A stretch of 64,000 bases of DNA, taken from positions 76,507-140,506 of IMG/VR virus record IMGVR_UViG_3300029906_000002, one strand, 5' to 3'. The stretch's first letter is position 1; each line of letters starts with the position of its first letter. Under the pieces are notes generated by a model. That model was not told where the DNA came from. It saw only the letters and a list, made by a program, of their open reading frames with translations, and did no database searches. Below, piece after piece: positions 8,915-18,394 of this stretch. The translations under genes and the position numbers were made by a program. Source of the stretch: a virus.

Positions 8915-9865
8915 TTACTTTACACGAATAAATGCACGAACATAATTGTTTTTGTCCTTATTGTAGTTATAGACGAAGCCACCGTACGTGCCAACAAAAC
9001 AAGCTTCTGTATTATTGTACTCCGTAGAAGACCAATAGCTGTCGCGCAACTCTACTCCAACGGACGAACCATACGCTGTACGCATTTTGTTTATTGCCTC
9101 ATTTATTTTATTGAAAGGAGGCATTATGTAACCTAATTCACCACAAGCAGGCAAATACCAATCACCTTGTTGAGTACCTTCGGTATGAAACATATCACAG
9201 CATGAAGCAGCAGGATAATCAGCTTCGGTTGTCGCATCAGGTTTCCATGAATTATAATCCTTAGTTCCTCTTTGCGTTATTATTTTTGCTGTATTTCCGA
9301 TTCCATCAAAGTCAGCTAACACATTTCTTGATGAAGAAGGTGAGGAGGTTTGATAATACCCAGGATTTCTACTTCCGTCAGTCAAATATGGCGATGGAAT
9401 ATAAGGCGATGAATGATAAAATGCATCCGTATCATGAGTGCATTGTGTACCGTTAAATCTATCACTGGGTAAATAACCAATAGTATCTTCACCTGTTGGA
9501 ATACCATTTGATGTGTTACCAGTAGGTACTCGGTCTAAATTAGGTAATCCTGAGATATCAGTACCATATCTTCCCCAATACATATATTGTTTAGATATAC
9601 TGCCTATTGAAGGTGTATCACAACTCATAGTCTTCAAACTCATCACCCCGCAAGAACCGTCACCATAAACATCGTGATAACCAGGCACAACTGCAATACC
9701 AATAGGTGTATATCTGTCAACTGGATAGGTTCCTACACTCCATGTATCACCATTAGCAATTATCAGACTATCATTTGTCTTATCATAAAAACATATATCA
9801 CAAGCTTTTGATTCACTTGGATTTATACTACCTCCGCTTGTTACTTGCAAAATCCTTCTTCTCAT
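8915..9865 (-). CDS. Putative receptor-binding protein with CLec/DUF1566-like DGR-target C-terminus
   Basis: 316 aa; DFDGIGNTAKII, GDWYLPACGEL and terminal YWSSTEY...YNYNKDKNNYVRAFIRV motifs typical of DGR targets; MRRRIL..GG leader. Confidence 0.75.
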   Translation of the reverse strand: MRRRILQVTSGGSINPSESKACDICFYDKTNDSLIIANGDTWSVGTYPVDRYTPIGIAVVPGYHDVYGDGSCGVMSLKTMSCDTPSIGSISKQYMYWGRYGTDISGLPNLDRVPTGNTSNGIPTGEDTIGYLPSDRFNGTQCTHDTDAFYHSSPYIPSPYLTDGSRNPGYYQTSSPSSSRNVLADFDGIGNTAKIITQRGTKDYNSWKPDATTEADYPAASCCDMFHTEGTQQGDWYLPACGELGYIMPPFNKINEAINKMRTAYGSSVGVELRDSYWSSTEYNNTEACFVGTYGGFVYNYNKDKNNYVRAFIRVK

Positions 9866-9942
9866 AAAAAAAGAGCTTTATAGTTTCCTACAAAGCTCAT
9901 TACAAATTATCAAATCAAATCAAGCATGAAGAATAATTTCTA

Positions 9943-10992
9943 TTAAACAGCCTCAACGTAGCTACCTCCTCCAACAGTTGCAAGCGTTGCCAAGTCGTCA
10001 TAAACAGGGATTACTGTATCACGGATGCACTTGTACGTCACGCCGTTTTGCGAGTAGTATTTACCCAATTCAAGACGCATGTTTCCATTGTAAGGAATCG
10101 GGTCTTCAAGCGTTCCAGCGTGCGTTTCATCTATTTCTTCGTACAAAGAAGCTGTAGCGATTCCTGGAGCCCAATTTTCCTGCAACTGATGCTGTTGCCT
10201 TACCTTGAACAGTTTGTTCTCATGACGCAGCTTGAAGCCGACAGCAACACTCTTTCCGAACTCTGCACCCCTCTTTCCCCATACGGGATAGAGCATCTTC
10301 ATAGATAAGGCTGTGCTATCGTCATCAGAAGCTGTAAACTCATTAATATGAAGAGCTATGTAGGACGCCACTTGACGATTGAAGGAAGTCTTTTCTTCTT
10401 CGTTATCGAGCTTTTGCAGAGATTCTGTAGTCATGGCAGCTTGCACAGGCAAACCTTCATTGACTACTATAGCTTGGATATCCTCAACTTCGGTAGCCGT
10501 GTTGATTTCAAGTTGTTTCTGGGTAAGCCAAGATTGACAATCGGATTCTTGCTTGGCAATAAGGTCGATGACATGGTTGACCAGATTAGGGTCGATATCC
10601 TGCGTGCCAATCTTTACGGTGCTCTTGCCAATAGCCAATGCGCGGTTTACTTCGTCGCGCTTCTGCAAACGCTGCGTGCTGTTCAACCAAACCTGTTCGT
10701 CGTTTACCGTGAACTTGTTGTAGTTGTCGTAGTAATACGTGCTCAGCTCGCTGTTCTTTGAGCGTCTTGCTTGCGCGGGCGTGATAGGATTGATAGCTTT
10801 GTTGATGATTTCTTCAATCGTAGCTGTAGGATGCTCAGACTTGAATGCAAGCTGCTCCTCATCAAGCAAAACCCACTTGTTATTCTTATAGTCTTCGTAT
10901 GTGGTGCCAATATTGTCGTAGAGTTCAGGATCCAACATCTCTTCAAACTCTACATAATGGCCAGCGATATCTTTCTTTAAATATGTAAACAT
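9943..10992 (-). CDS. Tail-fibre assembly-like protein with C-terminal carbohydrate-binding-like module
   Basis: 349 aa; central FTVNDEQVWL region resembles DUF4376; C-terminal WAPG..SLYEEIDETHAGTLEDPIPY...YYSQNGVTYKCIRD. Confidence 0.6.
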   Translation of the reverse strand: MFTYLKKDIAGHYVEFEEMLDPELYDNIGTTYEDYKNNKWVLLDEEQLAFKSEHPTATIEEIINKAINPITPAQARRSKNSELSTYYYDNYNKFTVNDEQVWLNSTQRLQKRDEVNRALAIGKSTVKIGTQDIDPNLVNHVIDLIAKQESDCQSWLTQKQLEINTATEVEDIQAIVVNEGLPVQAAMTTESLQKLDNEEEKTSFNRQVASYIALHINEFTASDDDSTALSMKMLYPVWGKRGAEFGKSVAVGFKLRHENKLFKVRQQHQLQENWAPGIATASLYEEIDETHAGTLEDPIPYNGNMRLELGKYYSQNGVTYKCIRDTVIPVYDDLATLATVGGGSYVEAV

Positions 10993-11009
10993 GATTTATC
11001 CTCCTTACT

Positions 11010-11708
11010 TTAAGATTGTGCTGCGAATCTGATATAACGCTTAGAGTTGTCGAACACAACATTGATTTCGGCGTAACCGTTTGCAGGAACAGTAAGCGAA
11101 TCGCCAGACATGTTCACATAAGAAGAAGTGGTCGGCATGGATACTGTTCTGTCAGAGCCTGAAGAGTTACGCACAATAATGTGCAATTCCTTACCATCAC
11201 CAGGATTGTTAGCTACAGTGAAGCTCTGGTTCGACGAGATGGTAGCAATGACCAATCGCTTGCTGGTTGCCACGTTAGACAGACTTGTTGTCGTGTTGTG
11301 ACCCGTGTTACGATTGTAGTCAGCAACCGCATTAGAAGTACCGGATGGAACAGTGGGAATGCTCGGCTTGTTAGACAAGTCGTTGTAACTTCCCGATGTA
11401 GCTACTGTAGCCAATCCGCTTACTTGTGCAGCAGTATGGGTATGACTGGCAGCGGCCTTACCATCCAACTGGTCCTGCAAATTAGTAACGTCAGAAATAG
11501 CATGGGTATGTACTGTATCAGCCTTACCAGCCAATCCTTGTGTCAACTCTTCTTGGGTAGCGAAATCTCCGCTTGCTCCATTCGAGTTGTGGTTTAAGAC
11601 ACCAAAAACATAGGTGTCGCCTGTGTCTGTACATTGATAAACCCCTCCCTGGTGGGTTTCAGCAACGTAAGAAGCCGCAGGTCCTTTGTAAAAATTCACG
11701 TATGCCAT
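11010..11708 (-). CDS. Short tail fibre with HxH phage tail repeats
   Basis: KADTVHTHAISDVTNLQDQLDGKAAASHTHTAAQV and ATVATSGSYNDLSNKP motifs. Confidence 0.75.
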   Translation of the reverse strand: MAYVNFYKGPAASYVAETHQGGVYQCTDTGDTYVFGVLNHNSNGASGDFATQEELTQGLAGKADTVHTHAISDVTNLQDQLDGKAAASHTHTAAQVSGLATVATSGSYNDLSNKPSIPTVPSGTSNAVADYNRNTGHNTTTSLSNVATSKRLVIATISSNQSFTVANNPGDGKELHIIVRNSSGSDRTVSMPTTSSYVNMSGDSLTVPANGYAEINVVFDNSKRYIRFAAQS

Positions 11709-11827
11709 AGAACTAAAAAATGTTAGTTATCAGTTACAAAGTTCGTAAGAAAAGAGAATAATAAAGCTGTATGATTAATTGATTATGTTATTCAAATCTG
11801 TTTATATCCAAATCGAGACATCCACAA

Positions 11828-11968
11828 TTATCGATACCCACCATCCTCTTCTACACTTCCCTTATCAACAGTACCTACATCAGCCGACAAACACCCTCTT
11901 TCAGATTTTTCAATAAACAGATAATCAGGAAGTCCGTAGTGTTCAGGATTCAAAAGAACATGCTTCAT
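11828..11968 (-). CDS. Small hypothetical protein
   Basis: MKHVLLNPEHYG..., 46 aa, after AT-rich leader. Confidence 0.35.
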   Translation of the reverse strand: MKHVLLNPEHYGLPDYLFIEKSERGCLSADVGTVDKGSVEEDGGYR

Positions 11969-12052
11969 AATAGTTGAATTTAAATGATTTATAAACAACA
12001 AAAGAGAGCAATACAACATTGCCCTCTTTCATCAATAGTTATGTATCAATTT

Positions 12053-12904
12053 TTATTGAACGGTTTGAAGTGTAAGTGCCGTTTCGAGGGCTTCTACGCG
12101 GGAAGTCAAATCATTGATTGTTGCAGCTTGGTCGGCTACAGTCTTGATAGCAGCATCAAGAGCCTTCAAAGCGGCAACAAATTGCGTTTGACCATTTAAG
12201 TAATTCGTATCGGACAAGTCGGGCATTACCTGATTCGGATTCTCCACACCGAGAACGGTCTGAAGGTTTACGAATGTCTGTGAGGTAACTTCCTCGTTAT
12301 CCAGAATTGCCTTGTGAAGTTTTCCGATAGCAGTCTCGAACGTATCTCCGGCAGCTGGTTCAAGTTGTGCATTGGCCAACTCCGAAGGAGCGTAATCAGC
12401 AGACAACTCAGTAGGTACTTCCTTGTAGGAACCATCATTAGCTAAGAATGATGCACCGTCACCATCAGTCAAAATCCCGTCAACCTTCTGCTTGTCAGCG
12501 GCTGGCATAAGACCGTTGGATGAAGTTGTGGCATCAGGAATAGTGACTACGCCAGTTTGCGGAGCCAGGTTCTCAGCTGCACCAGCGAGCTTCACGCCTT
12601 TAAGGGAAGCTGCGTTAAGAATGGCCAGATTGTCATTCGTAGCTTTGATTTCCTCGTCAAGCTGCATAGCTGCATCAGTCAGGTTAGTTTCCTTGCTGAT
12701 GTAGTTTGCGCCATCGTAAGTGTTCGTACCGATCTGTGAAGACCAGTCCGTACCAGCTGAACAGTTATAGAACTGTCCATGAGTGTAAATCTGCTGCGTT
12801 TCCTTAATCCAGACGATGCTGGTGTCAAGGATGTTACCTGCTTCCAATTCTTTGTTGAAAGCTTGGTAGGTTTTGAAGTGAATCAATTTCTTATTGATTG
12901 CCAT
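12053..12904 (-). CDS. Tail/collar fibre protein
   Basis: N-terminus KLIHFKT..F......LDTSIVWIKETQQIYTHGQFYNCS shared with 13069-14733; IPDATTSSNGLMPAADKQK fibre repeat. Confidence 0.75.
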   Translation of the reverse strand: MAINKKLIHFKTYQAFNKELEAGNILDTSIVWIKETQQIYTHGQFYNCSAGTDWSSQIGTNTYDGANYISKETNLTDAAMQLDEEIKATNDNLAILNAASLKGVKLAGAAENLAPQTGVVTIPDATTSSNGLMPAADKQKVDGILTDGDGASFLANDGSYKEVPTELSADYAPSELANAQLEPAAGDTFETAIGKLHKAILDNEEVTSQTFVNLQTVLGVENPNQVMPDLSDTNYLNGQTQFVAALKALDAAIKTVADQAATINDLTSRVEALETALTLQTVQ

Positions 12905-13068
12905 ATCACAAATAGTTTAATAGGTTGGCGAACGGCTTATGCCGAGCTTTATTGTAAAATAGTGTAGTTAAACGAATTTATAAATCGGTATTACAAAAAA
13001 AGAAGAGGTGACGAAGTTAATCGCCGCCTCTTCAATGTTACCCTAAATATCTAAATCTCAAAACCTTA

Positions 13069-14733
13069 TCAATCGCCTTCGTACCATTCCAGAGAAGCCT
13101 CCAGAGCATCCAGGGCAGTCTTCAAAGCCTTACCTTGTTCGGCAGACAGAACCTTGTCAGTGCCACCCGTAGTCAGGTCGTTAACGATATCGGCATCTTG
13201 CAAAGCGGCTGCGGCGGCGGCAGCAGCTTCTTTTGCACGGGCCTCAACCTTAGCGATAGCCTGGTTCAGATTGTCGGTTGCGGCAACATCTGCGGCAGTA
13301 CCGGCAGCATAACCAGTAGCCAAGATATCAGCACCGTTCAGTACGGGGTTCGTATTGATAGCCTTGCCGTTTACAGTGTAAGCTTTGATAGCCGCGATTT
13401 CAGTGGCGTTGTCGTCAGCCTTCTTCTCAACCTTACCGATAGCTTCAGCGATAGTATCACCGGGCTGTACATCGGGATTTTCAGGAGCGGACGGCTTTTC
13501 GTAATCGGTAATACTACCAGCACCTGCATCAGGCTTGGGAGCTTCACCCGGCTCAGAAGGATCAATACCGGCAGCAGTTGCCAGAGCGTTCAATACCTTC
13601 TTATCCTTCAACGACATTACACCGTCAGCAGTTTCCGTAGCAACGGGAATGGTCACATTGCCAGCAGTGGGGCTGATAGCGGAACCAGTGCCCGGAGTAA
13701 CGGTCTTGACAACTTCTGCATCCAGAGCTGCGATAGCGTCAGCATTCGTCTTAACCTGTGTGTCGATAGCTGCAACGGCACCAGCCAAAGAACCGGCTTC
13801 GCTGCCATAGTTCAAACCAGGCAGAGTAGCATCAACATCACCCAGGTCCTCGCTCAATTCAGGAACGGAAGGAGTATCACCACCTGCGCCAGTCAAACCA
13901 GCCAAAGCAGCCTTATCAGCAGCCGACATCAAACCTGCGGCAGAATCCGTAGCAGCAGGAATGATAACCGTACCACCGTCGCCAGTAGAGAAAATGTTTG
14001 TAGCACCTGCCTTATCAGAATCCGTAAAGGCAATAGTGATGTTCGTTGCAGACGGAGTAACCGCGCCAAAACCTGTTACAACAGTCGTTGGAACGCTGTT
14101 CAAGGCATCGCGGTTGGCCTTACCCTTGGAGCCTTCGTAAGCAGTACCAGCTACTTCACCGAGAACGATAGAGGGAGAAACCTCTGCCATGTTGGCACCA
14201 TCCCAACGGTACAGCACGTTCGTGCGGCCTTGGTCGTCGGCACCACGACGGTTGTACAGAACCTGAGTTTGCGGGTCAGTCTCAACCCATACGCCTTCTG
14301 CGCCTTCGATGATCTTCTTAGATGTACTGTTGAAATAGAACTTGCCTTCCTCAACAGGATCGGGGTTAGCATCAACGAAGTTCTCCAAGCCGAGCACGTG
14401 GCCGATAACGCCGGAAACCAGATCGCTATTGATCTTGCCGTTTTCATCGAACAGCTTCGTGTTCAGAGCTTCAATCAGACCGTTCAGCGTCTTACCCTGC
14501 TCAGCGGACAAAGCCTTGTCTGCGCCGCCAGTCGTCAAATCATTGACGATAGCTGCCTGGATCAGCTCGCCGATGCTTTCAGCGTCTTGGCTGCAATCGA
14601 AATAAATTCCGTGAGTGTAAATCTGCTTGGTATCCTGAATAAACACGATGGTGGTTTGGGGGATACCAGGAGTGGTCAAGGCAGTTTGGAAAGCTGCCAG
14701 TGTCTTAAAATAAGCAAAGCGATTACTAATCAT
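13069..14733 (-). CDS. Tail fibre protein
   Basis: 554 aa Ala/Gly-rich; IVNDLTTGG.DK.LSAEQGK at both ends; IPAATDSAAGLMSAADK repeats. Confidence 0.8.
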   Translation of the reverse strand: MISNRFAYFKTLAAFQTALTTPGIPQTTIVFIQDTKQIYTHGIYFDCSQDAESIGELIQAAIVNDLTTGGADKALSAEQGKTLNGLIEALNTKLFDENGKINSDLVSGVIGHVLGLENFVDANPDPVEEGKFYFNSTSKKIIEGAEGVWVETDPQTQVLYNRRGADDQGRTNVLYRWDGANMAEVSPSIVLGEVAGTAYEGSKGKANRDALNSVPTTVVTGFGAVTPSATNITIAFTDSDKAGATNIFSTGDGGTVIIPAATDSAAGLMSAADKAALAGLTGAGGDTPSVPELSEDLGDVDATLPGLNYGSEAGSLAGAVAAIDTQVKTNADAIAALDAEVVKTVTPGTGSAISPTAGNVTIPVATETADGVMSLKDKKVLNALATAAGIDPSEPGEAPKPDAGAGSITDYEKPSAPENPDVQPGDTIAEAIGKVEKKADDNATEIAAIKAYTVNGKAINTNPVLNGADILATGYAAGTAADVAATDNLNQAIAKVEARAKEAAAAAAAALQDADIVNDLTTGGTDKVLSAEQGKALKTALDALEASLEWYEGD

Positions 14734-14763
14734 AATTATTCAAATAATTAAGTGTTAATGTTT

Positions 14764-15195
14764 TTAGCCTTCATACCAATAATAGAGGTCGTTTACCTTT
14801 TCGAGGATATAGCCGGAAACACCATTTTTGTTGGCATTGACCAGCTTTGTTCCATCCCAATACACAAGGACGTTCTTGTTGGAGCCGTAAGTAGCTACGT
14901 TAGCAAATTCGCCTTCCTTAAGCTCTTTGCGGTGCCAACTGTTTTCCGTCCATTCATATACGGTATGGTTTTCCGTACACAGGTAAACCTTCTTTTCGGT
15001 GGGTTGTTCAGCAGTTATCTCTGCTTCTGTGGCTTTGAGTTCGTCCACGTTTACGACAAGACCGTTCCCGTCCATGCTCACGCCATTCAGGTATATGACC
15101 CGTTTGTCCAAGGCAAAGAATACCATGTCGAGATGGATACCTGCGGGCTGGTAATCGCGGAAGTAACCTCTTGCTAATTTGTATGTTTTATTCAT
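14764..15195 (-). CDS. Small structural/fibre-associated protein
   Basis: 143 aa; VFFALDKRVIYLNG resembles the N-terminal module of neighbouring fibres; ends WYEG like 13069-14733. Confidence 0.7.
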   Translation of the reverse strand: MNKTYKLARGYFRDYQPAGIHLDMVFFALDKRVIYLNGVSMDGNGLVVNVDELKATEAEITAEQPTEKKVYLCTENHTVYEWTENSWHRKELKEGEFANVATYGSNKNVLVYWDGTKLVNANKNGVSGYILEKVNDLYYWYEG

Positions 15196-15221
15196 TGTTG
15201 AAATTACTTTTTGCGTTATGA

Positions 15222-15251
15222 TGGGGGAGCGGAATTGTCCCGCTCTCCCGT
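15222..15251 (-). terminator. Hairpin/terminator between fibre genes
   Basis: GGGGAGCGG...CCGCTCTCCC stem. Confidence 0.45.
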
Positions 15252-15260
15252 AAAATAATA

Positions 15261-18200
15261 TCAGTTGCCTTGTGATTCAAGGGCGGATAAGCGCTCCTCA
15301 ATCTTGCTGATCTTGATGTCGTATCCGTCAAGCGTAACTTTCATGATGCGAGCTATCTGACCAACCATACCCATGTTGTACGTGTTCAATCCGTACAGGT
15401 CGTATGAGAAGACATTCTCGATGCTGCCTACTACCAGATAAGGCTGTCCTACTAAGTAAGGATTAGAGGAAGCGTCATACGGCTTGCCATTCACATTGGC
15501 AGGATTGCCAAGGTCGTCAACGTAGGATTGTTCGAGCTTGCTCAACAACTGGATGGTATATCCGCCGGAGAAGATTGCCGGGTCGAAGTCACCGAACATC
15601 TCAGCCTTGCTGTACATAGCATTAACATCATCCATCAATGCAAGCAACTTGTCGTCATTATAGGTAGGACGCTCTTCGCTACCATTCATATTGAACGGAA
15701 GCTGAGCGGAACCCATATCTACCTTATCCCATTTGGATACCATAGCAATGTTTACAGCAGTGCCATTCGTTGTATTTCCAAGGATGGTGTCGTGATTGGC
15801 TAAGACGATAGACTTGCGTCCGGGATTATCCTCGGTAGCTACATCGGTCCATTCTACCTTCTTACCCAAAGATTCTTCCAGTTCAGCATCCTTGCTTGTT
15901 CTTGCTTCTGCTTCTGCCTGCAAATTGTTTTGCAAGTTGGTATCGGCAAGAGAACGGGCATTCGTTTCTTCGGCAAGATCTGTTATGGAAGCCTTCTCAG
16001 CAATCTGCGTAGTGATGGCAGCAACGACATCATCATTATCAGCCAACTTATTCGCAATCTCTTCAAGCGTATCAAGAGCTTCGGGAGCTGCGCCAACAAT
16101 TTGATTGATACGGTCGTCCACATCGGAAGCTGTTTGATAATCCGAATCGTTTTCAAGCTCGCTGACCTTTGTAGGAACAACGATGGCATCAATCTTCTCA
16201 TTCAATGCGTTGACTTGGAAATCGACATCGGATTGGTTGGCTTTCAATGCAACCTCATCCTTGGTAGCGTAGTTATCCGTTGAAGGAATATCGCTTACGA
16301 ATGCCAGATCGCTGCTCGCAACCTTGATATTGGAATTGCCTTCGATAACAGTGCCGTCAAGATTGATAACAATCTCATACTTGGTCGGCATATCGTTTCT
16401 CGTATCAAGTCCAATGACAACCATCTTAAGTTGGTTGGCGGATTCAAATGCGACATACTGAATCGGCATCTTATAGTAATAAGGATTACCGCTCAGCTGT
16501 ATGCCGTATCTCAAATAGAACTGACCTTCTCTTACGATGAGGTTTTTCAATTCAACCGCATCGGCAACACCAAACCAACCGAAGATTTCCTCCTGCGTGT
16601 ACACCTTGTCTTGCAAAGTGCGAAGCGGGAAGCTGAACTCGACAGGAAGCTTGATATTCTCAATATCCTCCATCAAGGCAAGCTCTTCGTCATCGTTGTA
16701 TGTCGGTCTTTTCTTGGAGCCGTTAAGATTGATGGGAACGGATACTGAACCATAATCAGCCACGTTCCACTTGGACAACATAGCCAGGTTGAATGTCGAG
16801 CCGTTGGTGTCCGTACCAAGCAGGATATCATGATTCTTCAATATGATAGCCTTACGGTTCGGATTGTCGTCAGTAGTCACGTCATCCCATTTGACAGCCT
16901 TCTCAACTTCCTCTTGAATAGCCTTGATAGCGGGACGTATCTCGTTCTCAATAGCACCATTAATAGTATTTACAGCATTATTGATAGCCGTGTTAATGGT
17001 GTTGATTGAGGATACGAGATTGTTATTGATGGTTACATCCGTCTCTTGCAGCTTCTTGATGGCAGGACGAAGCTCGTTGTCGATAGCACCGTTGATAGTG
17101 TTTACCGAATTTTCCCAAGCCGTCTTGAGTTGTGCGATACCGTTTGCCGCATTCGTATTGACCGTATTGATGGTGTCATGGATAACCTGAATGGCACGAT
17201 CATTCGTCGTCTTGTAGTTGGTGAACGCCGTATTCAAATCGGTAGTGACGGTTTTCAGATTCTCGATGGACGGTCTGATCTCGTCATTGATGGCACCATT
17301 GATGGTGTTTACTGAGTTCGTGATGAACGTGTTGATTTGCTCAATGGAACCGTTGACATTCTCATTAAGCTGATTAATCATGTTATCCACACGCTTCTTT
17401 TCGGCATTAAGTTCATCTACAGTAGACAGACTTTCTCCATTGTAAGAGAGGTGCTGGGTAGAACCGAAGATGTTATAAGGAACATCAGACTGTCCAGCCA
17501 TAATGGAACCCGCATCGCCAACCTTAACAAGATTGATTCTCTTGTCTCCAGATTGCTGCATCAACGCAGATTTCTCAGGCAGAACAAGTGCGGATTGTCC
17601 TGTTTCTTCATCAAGGATTGTAAGCTGGATAACGGTATCTGGAATTTCTCCGTATCGTACACCGTTAAGCACGATGAACTTTTTATCCTTGACGAAATAA
17701 ACAACACCTTTACGATTGCCTTCGTCAACGGAATACTTGGCCCAGTTCATCTCGCGCATCTGCACGTCCGAACCATCAGCCCATTTGAATTCAACAACAA
17801 GACCGTTCTCGTTCTTCGACAATTCAATCTGCCCGTGCTTTTGCGACAGACGAAGCGTCACGTACAATCCGTTCTGCGAATCCGTGCAGGTGATCGCCGT
17901 ATCGTTATTGGGAGCAATAACAAGTTCACTGTAGATAACGCCGCTCTGAACAAGCACCTCAATGGTCTTTGTCTTTGAGCCAGTCAAAATCAAACCTTCA
18001 AGCGACAAGCCGAGCTTCTTGCCAGACAACATCTCAAAATCAACAAACGGCTTGCCGATATGCTCGGCATAACCGTTGTCGATATCAAGCTGTGTGGATT
18101 CTCGGCGTGTGATCTTGATGAGATGGTCTTCGGCTTCCAGGTCGAACGCCTTCTCTTCCACACCGTTGGCCCGAATGACATACACAGGTATCAATCCCGT

Positions 18201-18392
18201 GTTGCAATCCACATCGCCAAGACGGAGAGAAGCGAGGAGGCGTTTCGTCTGGTCCAGGATGAGCTGCGCGACACCTTCCTTAGTTAGGAAGCCATCGTTA
18301 AGCACCTCATCGGGATTGCCCGAAACAACCTTGTCGCCGTATGTTTCCCAAAGCCAGTCAAGCTGGCTCTGGTCTATTCTCCTCTTAGTCAT
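15261..18392 (-). CDS. Long tail fibre-like protein with duplicated domains and coiled coils
   Basis: 1043 aa; two copies of KWDDV..DNP.RK.I.L.NHD..LG...RPTYNDD and three NTINGAI..E.RP.I repeats. Confidence 0.75.
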   Translation of the reverse strand: MTKRRIDQSQLDWLWETYGDKVVSGNPDEVLNDGFLTKEGVAQLILDQTKRLLASLRLGDVDCNTGLIPVYVIRANGVEEKAFDLEAEDHLIKITRRESTQLDIDNGYAEHIGKPFVDFEMLSGKKLGLSLEGLILTGSKTKTIEVLVQSGVIYSELVIAPNNDTAITCTDSQNGLYVTLRLSQKHGQIELSKNENGLVVEFKWADGSDVQMREMNWAKYSVDEGNRKGVVYFVKDKKFIVLNGVRYGEIPDTVIQLTILDEETGQSALVLPEKSALMQQSGDKRINLVKVGDAGSIMAGQSDVPYNIFGSTQHLSYNGESLSTVDELNAEKKRVDNMINQLNENVNGSIEQINTFITNSVNTINGAINDEIRPSIENLKTVTTDLNTAFTNYKTTNDRAIQVIHDTINTVNTNAANGIAQLKTAWENSVNTINGAIDNELRPAIKKLQETDVTINNNLVSSINTINTAINNAVNTINGAIENEIRPAIKAIQEEVEKAVKWDDVTTDDNPNRKAIILKNHDILLGTDTNGSTFNLAMLSKWNVADYGSVSVPINLNGSKKRPTYNDDEELALMEDIENIKLPVEFSFPLRTLQDKVYTQEEIFGWFGVADAVELKNLIVREGQFYLRYGIQLSGNPYYYKMPIQYVAFESANQLKMVVIGLDTRNDMPTKYEIVINLDGTVIEGNSNIKVASSDLAFVSDIPSTDNYATKDEVALKANQSDVDFQVNALNEKIDAIVVPTKVSELENDSDYQTASDVDDRINQIVGAAPEALDTLEEIANKLADNDDVVAAITTQIAEKASITDLAEETNARSLADTNLQNNLQAEAEARTSKDAELEESLGKKVEWTDVATEDNPGRKSIVLANHDTILGNTTNGTAVNIAMVSKWDKVDMGSAQLPFNMNGSEERPTYNDDKLLALMDDVNAMYSKAEMFGDFDPAIFSGGYTIQLLSKLEQSYVDDLGNPANVNGKPYDASSNPYLVGQPYLVVGSIENVFSYDLYGLNTYNMGMVGQIARIMKVTLDGYDIKISKIEERLSALESQGN

Positions 18393-18394
18393 GG

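Noticed and set aside
8915-9045. A complete DGR in this window
   Set aside because: No template repeat, RT or Avd found; reported only as a target-like gene
13135-14751. 538-aa plus-strand ORF (also 17337-17978, 19625-20257, 20384-21697, 24861-25544)
   Set aside because: Antisense shadows of long structural genes; no motifs, no own signals
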